Shown here: one piece after another, positions 39,207-48,813 of the stretch
Layout: every line of letters begins with the position of its first letter
How positions within the stretch are numbered: position 1 is the stretch's first letter
Made by a program: the position numbers and the translations under genes
The notes under the pieces: model-generated
The model's database searches: none
What the model was told of the DNA's origin: nothing
The model's input: only the letters and a program-made list of their open reading frames with translations
Virus record (IMG/VR): IMGVR_UViG_3300038321_000157
Span: 7,929 to 71,928 of that record
DNA: 64,000 nt
Origin: a virus
Reading direction: 5' to 3' (one strand)

Positions 39207-41496
39207 AGAGAATCAAATTAAATGTACAGCGAAAATAAATCAAATTAGATATTATAAAGATAATTGGGGTATTCTTTCTGTTTCCTTAATTGATTCTATA
39301 TATGGAGTAATAAATACAGATAAATATAATTCTTTTATAGTTAAAGGGAATATGGGTGAACCTAATTATCAGGATACTTTTACAATAGTTGCTAATGAGA
39401 CTGATGATCCAAAATGGGGGAAACAATATGAATTAATTTATATGGGAGTATCTGCTGATATATCTACTGAAGATAAACAAAAAATATTTTTATCTAAAAT
39501 ACTTACTCAAAGGCAAATAGAAAATTTATATAATACTATAGAAAATCCTATCGAAGTATTAGAAAATGAAGATATTAAACAATTAACTAAAGTAAAGGGG
39601 ATAGGGGTAACAACTGCTGTCGCATTAATTGAAAGATATAAAGAGCATATAGATTATTCCATTGCTTATGTAGAATTAGATAAATATGGTTTAACTCCTA
39701 ATGCGATAAGAAAAATAGTTGATATGTATCAATCACCAGAGTTGGCAATACAAAAAATAAAAGAAAACCCTTATATATTAGCAGATGAAGTAGAAGGAAT
39801 AGGATGGAAGAAAGCAGATAGTATTGCTTTAAGTGTAGGTATTCATCCTCATGCACCCGAAAGAATAAAAGCATTTATTACATATTTTTTAGAATGTAAT
39901 GCAAATGATGGAGATTCATTTATTTCACCTTCTTTATTAATGGATGGGATAGTTGCAAACATTGGAGATGAATTAGATGATGAACATTTAAGAAATGTTT
40001 TATACGATATGCAAGATGTTCTTTGGTGGGATGAAGATAAAACAAAAATTGGGTTAAAAAGGTATTATGATTTAGAATTTAAAATTACTGAAGAGTTAAT
40101 AAGAATATTAAATGGTCAAAATAATTTTGAATATAAAAATTGGGAAAATGATATTAAAGAAGTTGAAAAAAAGCAAGGATGGGAATATACTTCTCAACAA
40201 ATTGAAGGTATAAAAACTGTTTTAGAAAATCAAGTTGTTATGATTACAGGTCTTGCCGGGACGGGGAAATCGAGTGTTGTTGCCGGAATGTTAAAAGTCC
40301 TTGAAAATTATTCATTTGCTCAATGTGCTTTAAGTGGTAGAGCAGCAGCAAGAATGACAGAAATTACAAATGTAACAGGATATACGATACATAGATTATT
40401 AGGATTTATACCAAGGCAAGGATTTGAATTTAATAAAAACAATCCTTTAAATGAAGATATTATTATTGTTGATGAAGTATCAATGATTGGTGGTTATTTA
40501 TTCTATAGTTTAATTCAAGCTATTAAAAATGGAGCAAAATTAATTATGCTTGCAGATATTGGGCAACTTGAAAGTATTGGAGTATTAAATGTAGCAAGTG
40601 ATATAATAAATTCTAATAAAATTCCAGTAGTAAGGTTAGATAAAATCCATAGACAGGCTCAAAAGTCTGCTATTATTACGGAAAGTATAAAAGTAAGAAA
40701 TGGAGTCCAATTATGTGATAATTCATTCAATGATAAAGAAATTAGAGGAGAACTTCAAGATTTAGAATTAGACATTTACTTAAATAAAGATAAAACAGCA
40801 CAAAAAGTTATAGAAAAGTTTAAAGAAAACCTACCTAAAGTAAATAATATTATGGACATTCAGGTGATTTTACCTATGAAAACTAATGGTAAATCATCAA
40901 CATTTAATATTAACCAAGAATTACAAAACATATATAATCCATATAATCCTTCTATTAAGGAAATCGAAATTAGGCATTCAAAGAATTTAAGTTATAAATT
41001 ACGTATTAATGATAAAGTTATGAATACAAGAAATAATTATAAAACTATAAAATATAATCCTTATTCAGAAGATGAAGAAGAATTATATAATAATGATTCT
41101 GATCTCCAAGTATTTACTCCTATTTTTAATGGTAATTTGGGTGTTATAAAAGAAATCCATTCAAGTTATATGATTATTGACTTTTATACTATTGGTGAAA
41201 TTATTGTACCTCAAAAACATTGGAAATATATCGAACTTGGATACGCAGCAACTTGTCATAAGTTTCAAGGCTCACAAAGTCCTATAGTTATTATTGGTTT
41301 GGATTTTAATGCTTATATGTTGTTGACTAAAGAATGGATTTATACTGCTTTAACCAGAGCACAAGAATATTGTGTACTCTGTGCAGAGAATAAAGCATTA
41401 AGATATGCAATATCTCATAATGGAGTATCTAATAAGAAAACACATTTAAAAGATATGTTAGAAAACTATGGTGCAATTAAAATGAAGGATTATTAA
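39199..41496 (+). CDS. recD2: RecD2-like SF1B helicase
   Basis: HhH region; GLAGTGKS; TIHRLL; VDEVSM; QLESI; HRQA; YAATCHKFQGSQ; YTALTRA. Confidence 0.9.
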   Translation: MSEENQIKCTAKINQIRYYKDNWGILSVSLIDSIYGVINTDKYNSFIVKGNMGEPNYQDTFTIVANETDDPKWGKQYELIYMGVSADISTEDKQKIFLSKILTQRQIENLYNTIENPIEVLENEDIKQLTKVKGIGVTTAVALIERYKEHIDYSIAYVELDKYGLTPNAIRKIVDMYQSPELAIQKIKENPYILADEVEGIGWKKADSIALSVGIHPHAPERIKAFITYFLECNANDGDSFISPSLLMDGIVANIGDELDDEHLRNVLYDMQDVLWWDEDKTKIGLKRYYDLEFKITEELIRILNGQNNFEYKNWENDIKEVEKKQGWEYTSQQIEGIKTVLENQVVMITGLAGTGKSSVVAGMLKVLENYSFAQCALSGRAAARMTEITNVTGYTIHRLLGFIPRQGFEFNKNNPLNEDIIIVDEVSMIGGYLFYSLIQAIKNGAKLIMLADIGQLESIGVLNVASDIINSNKIPVVRLDKIHRQAQKSAIITESIKVRNGVQLCDNSFNDKEIRGELQDLELDIYLNKDKTAQKVIEKFKENLPKVNNIMDIQVILPMKTNGKSSTFNINQELQNIYNPYNPSIKEIEIRHSKNLSYKLRINDKVMNTRNNYKTIKYNPYSEDEEELYNNDSDLQVFTPIFNGNLGVIKEIHSSYMIIDFYTIGEIIVPQKHWKYIELGYAATCHKFQGSQSPIVIIGLDFNAYMLLTKEWIYTALTRAQEYCVLCAENKALRYAISHNGVSNKKTHLKDMLENYGAIKMKDY

Positions 41497-41514
41497 AATA
41501 ATAATATAAATATA

Positions 41515-41543
41515 TTGACAAATACCACAACTGAATATATACT
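41515..41543 (+). promoter_or_regulatory. Sigma-A-type promoter upstream of the candidate ncRNA
   Basis: TTGACA-17 nt-TATACT. Confidence 0.75.
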
Positions 41544-41549
41544 ATTACT

Positions 41550-41640
41550 AGAGAGCGAAGGGATTGAATAAATCAGTTCCATGCCCAATAAAAACGGAAT
41601 CCCTAACCGTGGGATAAACATGGGAGTTTGCTCTCTTTTA
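41550..41640 (+). ncRNA. Candidate structured small RNA with a pseudoknot, family unassigned
   Basis: Closing stem 41551-59/41627-35; inner stems 41577-83/41619-25, 41584-86/41611-13, 41594-97/41607-10; loop AAUCCC pairs with GGGAUU 41560-65; U-run follows. Confidence 0.65.
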
Positions 41641-41690
41641 TAATTAATAAAAGGCAGGTTTTATCCAAACTGTAGAAAGGAATTATTTTT

Positions 41691-41873
41691 ATGAGAGATA
41701 TAAATAGAATCGAACCACTATTAAATGATCTTAAAGAGTTATGGTTAAAATATCCAGATTTAAGATTATGTCAATTACTTGCTTGGATCGCAAATGATAG
41801 TGGTTGGACTAATAATGATTTATTTTATTTAGAAGATGATGTAATTGCAGAGCAAATTAAAAAGATATTATAA
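41691..41873 (+). CDS. Hypothetical protein
   Basis: MRDINRIEPLL..W..YPDLRLCQL; AAGGA RBS. Confidence 0.7.
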   Translation: MRDINRIEPLLNDLKELWLKYPDLRLCQLLAWIANDSGWTNNDLFYLEDDVIAEQIKKIL

Positions 41874-41904
41874 ATTTGGGATTTGGTAACGAAAGGAGTT
41901 AAAT

Positions 41905-42150
41905 ATGTTAAATAAACAAGAAATGATAAATATCTATAAACAATATGGTTTTGATATGCCATTAAAAGCTAAATATAAAAGAGACTCCAATAGAATTTAT
42001 ACTTCAATAGATTTTCAAGACGGAGAAGAAATAGAATTTTTATGGAATTGTGAACATCCAAGTGCGTGTTCTATTGGGAATGCTTTTTATAGAGGAAAAG
42101 ATGGGTTATCTCATCTTATAAATATAAAAGAATTAGAATTAATATCATAA
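41905..42150 (+). CDS. Hypothetical protein
   Basis: AAGGAG RBS. Confidence 0.65.
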   Translation: MLNKQEMINIYKQYGFDMPLKAKYKRDSNRIYTSIDFQDGEEIEFLWNCEHPSACSIGNAFYRGKDGLSHLINIKELELIS

Positions 42151-42194
42151 CTGAATCTTGGTTTTATTAAAACTTAAAAATAAAAGGAGGTATT

Positions 42195-42704
42195 ATGTTA
42201 CCAACAATAAAACAATACAAATTAAAACCAGATATAACCAAGGAAGATTTACTCAACGCAGGATTTAAGGAAGGTGGTTGGCAAAAAGAATTTAATGATC
42301 CTAAAGTAAATTATTATATACCACTCATTGATGAAATAAGTTTACATATAGAAATAGAAACAAACACAATGCAATTTGACTCCATTGATAACGTTTTAAT
42401 ATTAGATGAAGATTTTGGTCAACCTTATGGAGCATTTTATAGAGATATAGAATTTGAATATTTAAACAAAGCTATAGATAAGTATAATATAATTATGGAT
42501 GGATTAATAGAAAAGGGTATATTGCAATATACGATCGAAGAAGCAACCAAACAATATTATAATAATGAAATATCTCTTGAAGAACTTATGAAGTATATCA
42601 ATGAAAGTGATGAAGGAGATAAGGAAAGACGTAGGATTGAAAAAGAATTTTATGAGATATTTAAAGATGATTTTCCAGAACATTTGAATATAGTTATTGG
42701 TTAA
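42195..42704 (+). CDS. Hypothetical protein
   Basis: AGGAGG RBS. Confidence 0.7.
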   Translation: MLPTIKQYKLKPDITKEDLLNAGFKEGGWQKEFNDPKVNYYIPLIDEISLHIEIETNTMQFDSIDNVLILDEDFGQPYGAFYRDIEFEYLNKAIDKYNIIMDGLIEKGILQYTIEEATKQYYNNEISLEELMKYINESDEGDKERRRIEKEFYEIFKDDFPEHLNIVIG

Positions 42705-42742
42705 AATATCTGTTTTGTTCAAATATTGAATGGAGGTTAAAA

Positions 42743-42916
42743 ATGAATTTAATAAGTGATTTCTGTAGAAATAGTTGCCCTTTTGCATATAAAAATAATC
42801 ATCCTGATTGTCCTTGTCTTGATGATAAATATAAATGTCCAGTAGATTATTATCAAAAATGGTTAAATAAAAAATTAACTAGAGATAATGAATTATGTGT
42901 GCCAGATTATGATTAA
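42743..42916 (+). CDS. 57-aa Cys-rich protein (not in ORF track)
   Basis: GGAGGT RBS; MNLISDFCRNSCPFAYKNNHPDCPCLDDKYKCP... Confidence 0.6.
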   Translation: MNLISDFCRNSCPFAYKNNHPDCPCLDDKYKCPVDYYQKWLNKKLTRDNELCVPDYD

Positions 42917-43036
42917 AATAAAATTTTTACTTTATATAGAGTGAAATAAACCTAATTATTAATTTGTTTATTTACAACATAATATGTTAATACTTATAAT
43001 AAAATTAAACTAAACAAATTGAAATGAGGTATTAGC

Positions 43037-43522
43037 ATGTACGAATCCTATACTTACGAACAAGTTAAATCTCTACCAGATGACCAAAAGATCATTGCAT
43101 TAAAAGAACTAAAATCAATCTACCCTGAAAACAAAATGTTAGCAGAACATTGGAATGTAGCTTATATTGCAGTAAGTAATATGGTAGGTAAATATCTTGA
43201 AGGTAAGCAAATTGGTAGAAAGAAAATGACTAATGAAGAAAAAGCACAAAAGAAATTAGAAAGAGAGCAACAAAAGCAATTAGAACTTCAAAAGCAACAG
43301 ACTCAGGAAAATAATGAAGCAAAGAAAGAAACTGAATTAGAAGATACTACAACAAATATTCCACCAATTACTGAAACATCTAAACCTAAATCAAATGCTT
43401 TTGGCATTACTCTAAGTAAAACCTTGTCGGGTGAAGAAGCAATTAAAAGATTTAATGGAATTGCTAATTCGTTGTTAGGTGAATGTGAGTATAAAATTGA
43501 GATTAGTATTGAGGAAGTTTAG
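43037..43522 (+). CDS. Hypothetical protein (possible HTH plus coiled coil)
   Basis: GAGGT RBS; GAGGAAGT/ACTTCCTC hairpin (43511-43531) spans the stop. Confidence 0.7.
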   Translation: MYESYTYEQVKSLPDDQKIIALKELKSIYPENKMLAEHWNVAYIAVSNMVGKYLEGKQIGRKKMTNEEKAQKKLEREQQKQLELQKQQTQENNEAKKETELEDTTTNIPPITETSKPKSNAFGITLSKTLSGEEAIKRFNGIANSLLGECEYKIEISIEEV

Positions 43523-43584
43523 TACTTCCTCCTCCCTTGCATTAAAAATAAAATATAAATATATATATAAAAAGGAGGAATTTA

Positions 43585-43743
43585 ATTACGGAATTAGAAC
43601 CAGAGACACAACAATGTAAAACATTTGGTAATCCAGATGTAAAGATAAAATACTGTATTAATTGTCTTCACAAGAATAAAGATTTGTGGATGAAATGTAT
43701 GAAATATAAAACAGAAATAATAAGAGGTAAAAAAATAATATGA
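43585..43743 (+). CDS. 52-aa Cys-containing protein, probable ATT start (not in ORF track)
   Basis: ATT 6 nt after GGAGG; stop overlaps the next ATG (ATGA). Confidence 0.5.
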   Translation: MTELEPETQQCKTFGNPDVKIKYCINCLHKNKDLWMKCMKYKTEIIRGKKII

Positions 43744-43952
43744 TTAGATATGGAATAAAAGACTGTAATCACAAATGGCGATATAGAAAAGATGGTTGGG
43801 AAGAACAATGTATTCCAACAATATGTATTGAGTGTGGTGCTTTTGGTTGTAGATGCGATATGAAAGAAGAATTTCCGAAAGATATTTTCTTCGATGAAGG
43901 TCAAGAAAGTAATGCTAATATAAATGGTAAATGGGTAAATTCATATATTTAA
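43740..43952 (+). CDS. Small Cys-containing protein
   Basis: CNHKW..CIECGAFGCRC. Confidence 0.6.
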   Translation: MIRYGIKDCNHKWRYRKDGWEEQCIPTICIECGAFGCRCDMKEEFPKDIFFDEGQESNANINGKWVNSYI

Positions 43953-43992
43953 TACATACCAAAAATGAAATATAAAAGTGTGGTGATATAAT

Positions 43993-44472
43993 ATATTAAC
44001 ATTATTTACTCTAAAACTAATAGACAACATTCTTACTACTTGTAAAACGATATTTATAATAAAAAATAAATACATATTATCAGCAATTACAAACGCATTA
44101 GCTTCATTCTTCTATTTCTTACTCATTGTAAAACTTAGTAAGACCAATGATATGATATCCATCATTGTAGTAAGTTTTGCTGTATTCTTAGGGACATTAT
44201 TACCTCAATATGTAATGAAAAGATTTCAAAAAGATGCTGTTTGGATTTATGAGATAACTCCTACTAGTTCTACTATTGCAAGGGAATTAGCAGATACTTT
44301 GAGAGAAAATAACGTACCCGTTACCACTGTAGTAGTTTATACAAAAGAGAAAGAGAAGACATTACATTTAAAAGTTTATAGTCAATCAAAGGAATATAGT
44401 AGGTTAATTGAAGATTTGATTCCAAAAAGTTGTTTGTTTAGTGTTAGTGAAGTGAAGAATTGTAATTTTTAG
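43993..44472 (+). CDS. UPF0316-like (DUF5698 plus DUF2179) membrane protein, probable ATA start
   Basis: Frame open from ATA 43993 after GTGGTGA, adding two TM segments (LKLIDNILTTCKTIFIIK..SAITNAL); C-terminal ACT-like beta-alpha domain. Confidence 0.6.
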   Translation: MLTLFTLKLIDNILTTCKTIFIIKNKYILSAITNALASFFYFLLIVKLSKTNDMISIIVVSFAVFLGTLLPQYVMKRFQKDAVWIYEITPTSSTIARELADTLRENNVPVTTVVVYTKEKEKTLHLKVYSQSKEYSRLIEDLIPKSCLFSVSEVKNCNF

Positions 44473-44500
44473 TTAAATAAAATAAAATAAGGAGTTGTTT

Positions 44501-44794
44501 ATGAAAAGGAATTATCGTGGATTTGAATTAGAAGTATATAGAGAGAAATGTTTAGCAGGATATCCTTTATTATATTATTCAATATATCAAGGTGGTCATG
44601 AATTAGTATGCAGTTTTGAAGATTCAGATGAAAAAATATCAACTAAAATAAAATATCTTAAAAACTGGGTAGATGATTTTTACATACAAGTTAAAAAAGG
44701 TATATGTCCTTTATGTGAAGATGTATTAAGTAAAACAATGAATGGAAATTGGTATTGTGAAGATTGTGATGAATATTACGAAATCAAATCATAA
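44501..44794 (+). CDS. Hypothetical protein with C-terminal zinc ribbon
   Basis: CPLC..WYCEDC. Confidence 0.65.
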   Translation: MKRNYRGFELEVYREKCLAGYPLLYYSIYQGGHELVCSFEDSDEKISTKIKYLKNWVDDFYIQVKKGICPLCEDVLSKTMNGNWYCEDCDEYYEIKS

Positions 44795-44828
44795 TTTTAT
44801 TTTTATTTAGTAAAGAAAGGATAATTAA

Positions 44829-45409
44829 ATGAGTTTAGAAATAAGGGAATTTGTTAAATATTTAATAAATGAAATTAAAAAAGAAGGAATAATGAGTTGT
44901 AACTATTATTCTGATGAAGAAGTAGAAAATGATGTTATAGATCAAATATAGAATCAAAAATTAAAGAAAAAGGTGTAGTTTTATATACTGAAAATATAGA
45001 TAACATCTTCGGTACTCATTATATTAAATATTTGTATTCAGATAATAAAACAAAAGAAATTCACATTGATACAATGTTATTTTATACCTATTATAATGAT
45101 AATGATAAGGAAAAATTAATTATTATTCCTAAAGAAGAAGTAGGTAATTTTGAATACTTAATGCTAACCATTCAATTATATTTATCATCTCAGAAATATA
45201 AAAATATTGCATATAATATGAGTCATTATGATGGTGATGGAACTTCAAGAATAGGTTGGGAATTAGGTTGTTATGATATGTATCACGATTATTTAATGGA
45301 ACAGTTTAATAAAATGGAAGATACTAAAGATAAATATAGTTATTATCCAGATTATGATCATTATGCTTGTCTGTATTTAAAACCGTATTGGACTTTTTAT
45401 CATAAATAA
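44829..45409 (+). pseudogene. Apparently frameshifted hypothetical gene (extra AT dinucleotide near 44947)
   Basis: ATG 44829 has an RBS and stops at 44951; removing 2 nt from CAAATATAGAA fuses it to the frame running to 45409. Confidence 0.5.
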
Positions 45410-45457
45410 AACATAATAAATTTGTATTTTTCATGTAGATTTAAGAAAGGAGATAAT

Positions 45458-45865
45458 ATGTTTACAAAACCTAAAAATGGATGGGTTAATCTAGAACTTA
45501 GTAATCTTTCATTAAGAGCAAGTTACCTAACTAACGTGCCCAATAATTGTTTAGATGCTTTTATTTATGGGTTAAAAAATAATAGACCAGTTACAATTTT
45601 CTTTGATGCTGAAGGTTGGGATTTTCATCTAGTATCTTCGCATTATTGTAGTTATATTATAGTTCATAAAGATAAATTAACCGTACATTTGATTAGTAAA
45701 GATTTTAGAGAACTTGCACAAGAATTAATTGATGATATTGAACTTTATCTATATGATTGGGCAAATTGGGAATGTTACGATGATAAAAGTGAATCCGAAA
45801 TTGAAGATATAAGTGATATGTTATATGGCAAAGTATTGATATTAAAGTCACTATTAAATAAGTAA
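45458..45865 (+). CDS. Hypothetical protein
   Basis: ATG after AAGGAG; track start 45422. Confidence 0.7.
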   Translation: MFTKPKNGWVNLELSNLSLRASYLTNVPNNCLDAFIYGLKNNRPVTIFFDAEGWDFHLVSSHYCSYIIVHKDKLTVHLISKDFRELAQELIDDIELYLYDWANWECYDDKSESEIEDISDMLYGKVLILKSLLNK

Positions 45866-45888
45866 TATATTAAGAAAGGAGAAAATAA

Positions 45889-46161
45889 TTGAAATATTAT
45901 AAAATCATATCTTTGCAAAATACCAAAAAGGTTGAATTAGAAAGATATGGAGAATTCAATGAAGAATATCATCAAAAATATTTAGGCAAAACAGGTTATA
46001 TGATTGGACATTTTATTTCAGACGATAATATGTTCTGTGATTTTAGATGTATAATAACCGATACTGATAAACAGGGTAGACCGTTAGATGGAGATTGGTT
46101 TCATAAAGATGATCTTGAAGAAGTAAATGAAATAGATATTGAAATTAAATTAAAAATATAA
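45889..46161 (+). CDS. Hypothetical protein
   Basis: TTG after AAGGAG. Confidence 0.65.
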   Translation: MKYYKIISLQNTKKVELERYGEFNEEYHQKYLGKTGYMIGHFISDDNMFCDFRCIITDTDKQGRPLDGDWFHKDDLEEVNEIDIEIKLKI

Positions 46162-46259
46162 TATAATAATATTGGAAAACAAATAAACAAAAAGGAGGTA
46201 ATTCACAAGTCATGCGATTAATCACAATACACCTATGACTAAAGAGAAAGGAGTAAATT

Positions 46260-46382
46260 ATGGCAGAATGGACGAAATGTGAAAATTGTGGTGAGTATAT
46301 TAACCTGGAAGTTGATGTGTATAGAGATGAAAACGGCAATATTTATTGTAAGAAGTGTAATACCCAAATACTTATTAAGTAA
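46260..46382 (+). CDS. 40-aa zinc-ribbon-like protein (not in ORF track)
   Basis: AAGGAG RBS; CENC...YCKKC. Confidence 0.6.
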   Translation: MAEWTKCENCGEYINLEVDVYRDENGNIYCKKCNTQILIK

Positions 46383-46429
46383 TCAATTAAAACTATAAAA
46401 TAAAAACAGGAGAAAGTAATAATATACAT

Positions 46430-46669
46430 ATGGATGATTTAATACAAATATTAGAAGAAAAATACTTACCAGTAGAAATTATTGAAATCTTAAATACCAT
46501 TGATAGACAAGATATTGAGGATTATGCCATTGAACATAATATATGCCCCAGATGTTTAAGTCAACTGAATTTCAAAACTTTTAAAGATTATAGAAATGAG
46601 TATATGGGGTTTCCTGCATATGAAGATGTAACGGAAGTTTATTGTCAATGTTGTGGTGCTGTTTATTAA
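46430..46669 (+). CDS. Hypothetical zinc-ribbon protein
   Basis: CPRC...CQCC. Confidence 0.65.
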   Translation: MDDLIQILEEKYLPVEIIEILNTIDRQDIEDYAIEHNICPRCLSQLNFKTFKDYRNEYMGFPAYEDVTEVYCQCCGAVY

Positions 46670-46687
46670 TTGTAAAGGAGGTAGTAG

Positions 46688-46906
46688 ATGATATTAGTAA
46701 TTGGAATACCAAATTGTTCACGCTGTAATATGACAAAATCTATACTAGATAATAAAGGTATAGAATATACATATAAACTCAGTGATGAAATACCAGAGTT
46801 TAATTTAACTAGATATATAAAACAGGCAAGAATTGCAGGATTAATGAACTTCCCGATGATAATAAAAGATGATGAAATAATTACGTTACAGGAGATAGTG
46901 AAATAA
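46688..46906 (+). CDS. nrdH: NrdH/glutaredoxin-like redoxin
   Basis: CSRC active site; FPMI; adjacent to nrdD. Confidence 0.8.
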   Translation: MILVIGIPNCSRCNMTKSILDNKGIEYTYKLSDEIPEFNLTRYIKQARIAGLMNFPMIIKDDEIITLQEIVK

Positions 46907-48811
46907 ATGTATATAAAAGTTAGTTACGATCAAGAGTTCGATGATTTAATGATGTATCTACGGTCAAAATATCCGTCAAAAATATTTGATTTAGATGGAA
47001 TTGGTGAGCAAACGGATATGAGTAAATTCAGTAAGAAGTTTTTCTCAGTATCAACTACGGCAGATGCTAGTATTGATGCAAATGCTAATGTTGACGATAT
47101 AAGTGTTATTGCCTATAGTACTGAATTACCAAAACCTTTCCTTCGGTTAAATAGTTATTATATGGTTTGGAAAGAATTAAGAAGATTATTTAATTTAGAG
47201 ATTGCTAATGAAACTGTAGAAAGAAACCTCATTGGTGATATTTATATAAATGATTTTCATGGTATTGGTGCAGGACTCCCATACTGCTATAATTATTCTA
47301 CATACGATATTATGACTAAAGGTTTACCGATGGTCAAAAAAATTAAATCTTTTCCACCAAAATATCTTTATTCCTTTAAATCACAACTTGAACAATTTAC
47401 TATTATTGCAGCAAACTCAACTTTAGGAGCAACTGGATTAGCTGATTTATTAATTGTAATGAGTTATTATGTTAAGAATATTCTTAGTACATTGTCAGAT
47501 GCTAAATTTAAGTTTTCAACTAAAGAAGATGCATGGAAGTATATAAAGGAAAATTTAATTAGTTTTATTTACACTATTAATCAACCAATGAGAGGAAACC
47601 AAAGTTGTTTTACTAATATATCCATTTATGATGATATATTTTTAGAAGCAATGAAAGATGATTATATTTTCCCAGATGGTAGTGGATTAGATATAAATAT
47701 AATCAAACAATTACAAGATATGTTCTTAACTATTATGAATACTGAAATGCAAAGAACTCCTATTACATTCCCAATTACTACTGCTTGTTTTTCTATAGAT
47801 GAAAACAATAATATAAAAGACAGGGAATTCATTAAATTTATAGCAAAACATAATCAGAAGTATGGATTTATTAATATTTATTGTGGTGATAGTTCTACGT
47901 TAAGTTCATGTTGTCGGTTAAGATCAGACAAAAATAATGAATATTTTAATAGTTTTGGTTCAGGTTCAAGTAAAATTGGTAGTCTTGGGGTAGTTACAAT
48001 CAATCTCCCTAGATTGGCAATAAAGCATAAAAATAATAAAAAAACATTTTATATGGAATTAGCGCATTTAGTCCAGTTGTGTTCTAAAATAAATCATGCC
48101 AAAAGAAAATTAATTCAAAAGAGGATTGATAATGGCAATCATCCTTTATATACATTAGGTTTTATTAATATCAATACTCAATATAGTACCGTTGGTATTA
48201 ATGGATTTAATGAGTGTATAGAAATTTTAGGAGAAAATATTTTAGAGCAAAATGGAATTGACTTAGGATTAAGTATTATTGAAACTATAAATATTGAAAA
48301 CGATAAATGTGCAAAACAGTATAAAACACCACATAATTGTGAGCAAATTCCAGCAGAAAATGTATCAATTAAACTTGCCAATAAAGATAAAGTTTTAAAA
48401 TATCAAGATACATATAATATTTATAGTAATCAATTTATACCACTTACTACTAAAGCAAATGTATTAGATAGAATTAAATTACAAGGTGTTTTTGATAAGC
48501 ACTTTAGTGGAGGGGCAATTGCCCATATAAATATTGATACTCCTATAGAAGATTTAACTCAAATTGAAAACTTAATTGAGACTTGTGCAAAAATGGGAGT
48601 AGTTTATTTTGCAATAAATTATGTTATTGCTGAATGTGAAAAAGGTCATATATGTGTTACAACTAGTGATAAATGTACAATTTGTGGTGGCAATATTATT
48701 AATAAGTTTACTAGAGTAGTTGGGTTTTTAACATCAATTAAAAATTGGCATGAAGTAAGAAGGGAAAAGGATTTCCCTAATAGACAATGGTATAAGGGGT
48801 CAGATATATAA
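46907..48811 (+). CDS. nrdD: Anaerobic (class III) ribonucleotide reductase, no ATP-cone
   Basis: PYC; SSCCRLR; LGVVTINLPR; PAE; SGG; CxxC; RVVGFL glycyl-radical loop. Confidence 0.95.
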   Translation: MYIKVSYDQEFDDLMMYLRSKYPSKIFDLDGIGEQTDMSKFSKKFFSVSTTADASIDANANVDDISVIAYSTELPKPFLRLNSYYMVWKELRRLFNLEIANETVERNLIGDIYINDFHGIGAGLPYCYNYSTYDIMTKGLPMVKKIKSFPPKYLYSFKSQLEQFTIIAANSTLGATGLADLLIVMSYYVKNILSTLSDAKFKFSTKEDAWKYIKENLISFIYTINQPMRGNQSCFTNISIYDDIFLEAMKDDYIFPDGSGLDINIIKQLQDMFLTIMNTEMQRTPITFPITTACFSIDENNNIKDREFIKFIAKHNQKYGFINIYCGDSSTLSSCCRLRSDKNNEYFNSFGSGSSKIGSLGVVTINLPRLAIKHKNNKKTFYMELAHLVQLCSKINHAKRKLIQKRIDNGNHPLYTLGFININTQYSTVGINGFNECIEILGENILEQNGIDLGLSIIETINIENDKCAKQYKTPHNCEQIPAENVSIKLANKDKVLKYQDTYNIYSNQFIPLTTKANVLDRIKLQGVFDKHFSGGAIAHINIDTPIEDLTQIENLIETCAKMGVVYFAINYVIAECEKGHICVTTSDKCTICGGNIINKFTRVVGFLTSIKNWHEVRREKDFPNRQWYKGSDI

Positions 48812-48813
48812 TA

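Noticed and set aside
34329-41496. Inteins in DnaE or RecD2
   Set aside because: No Cys/Ser-start to His-Asn-end block or embedded LAGLIDADG motifs seen; lengths are unremarkable.
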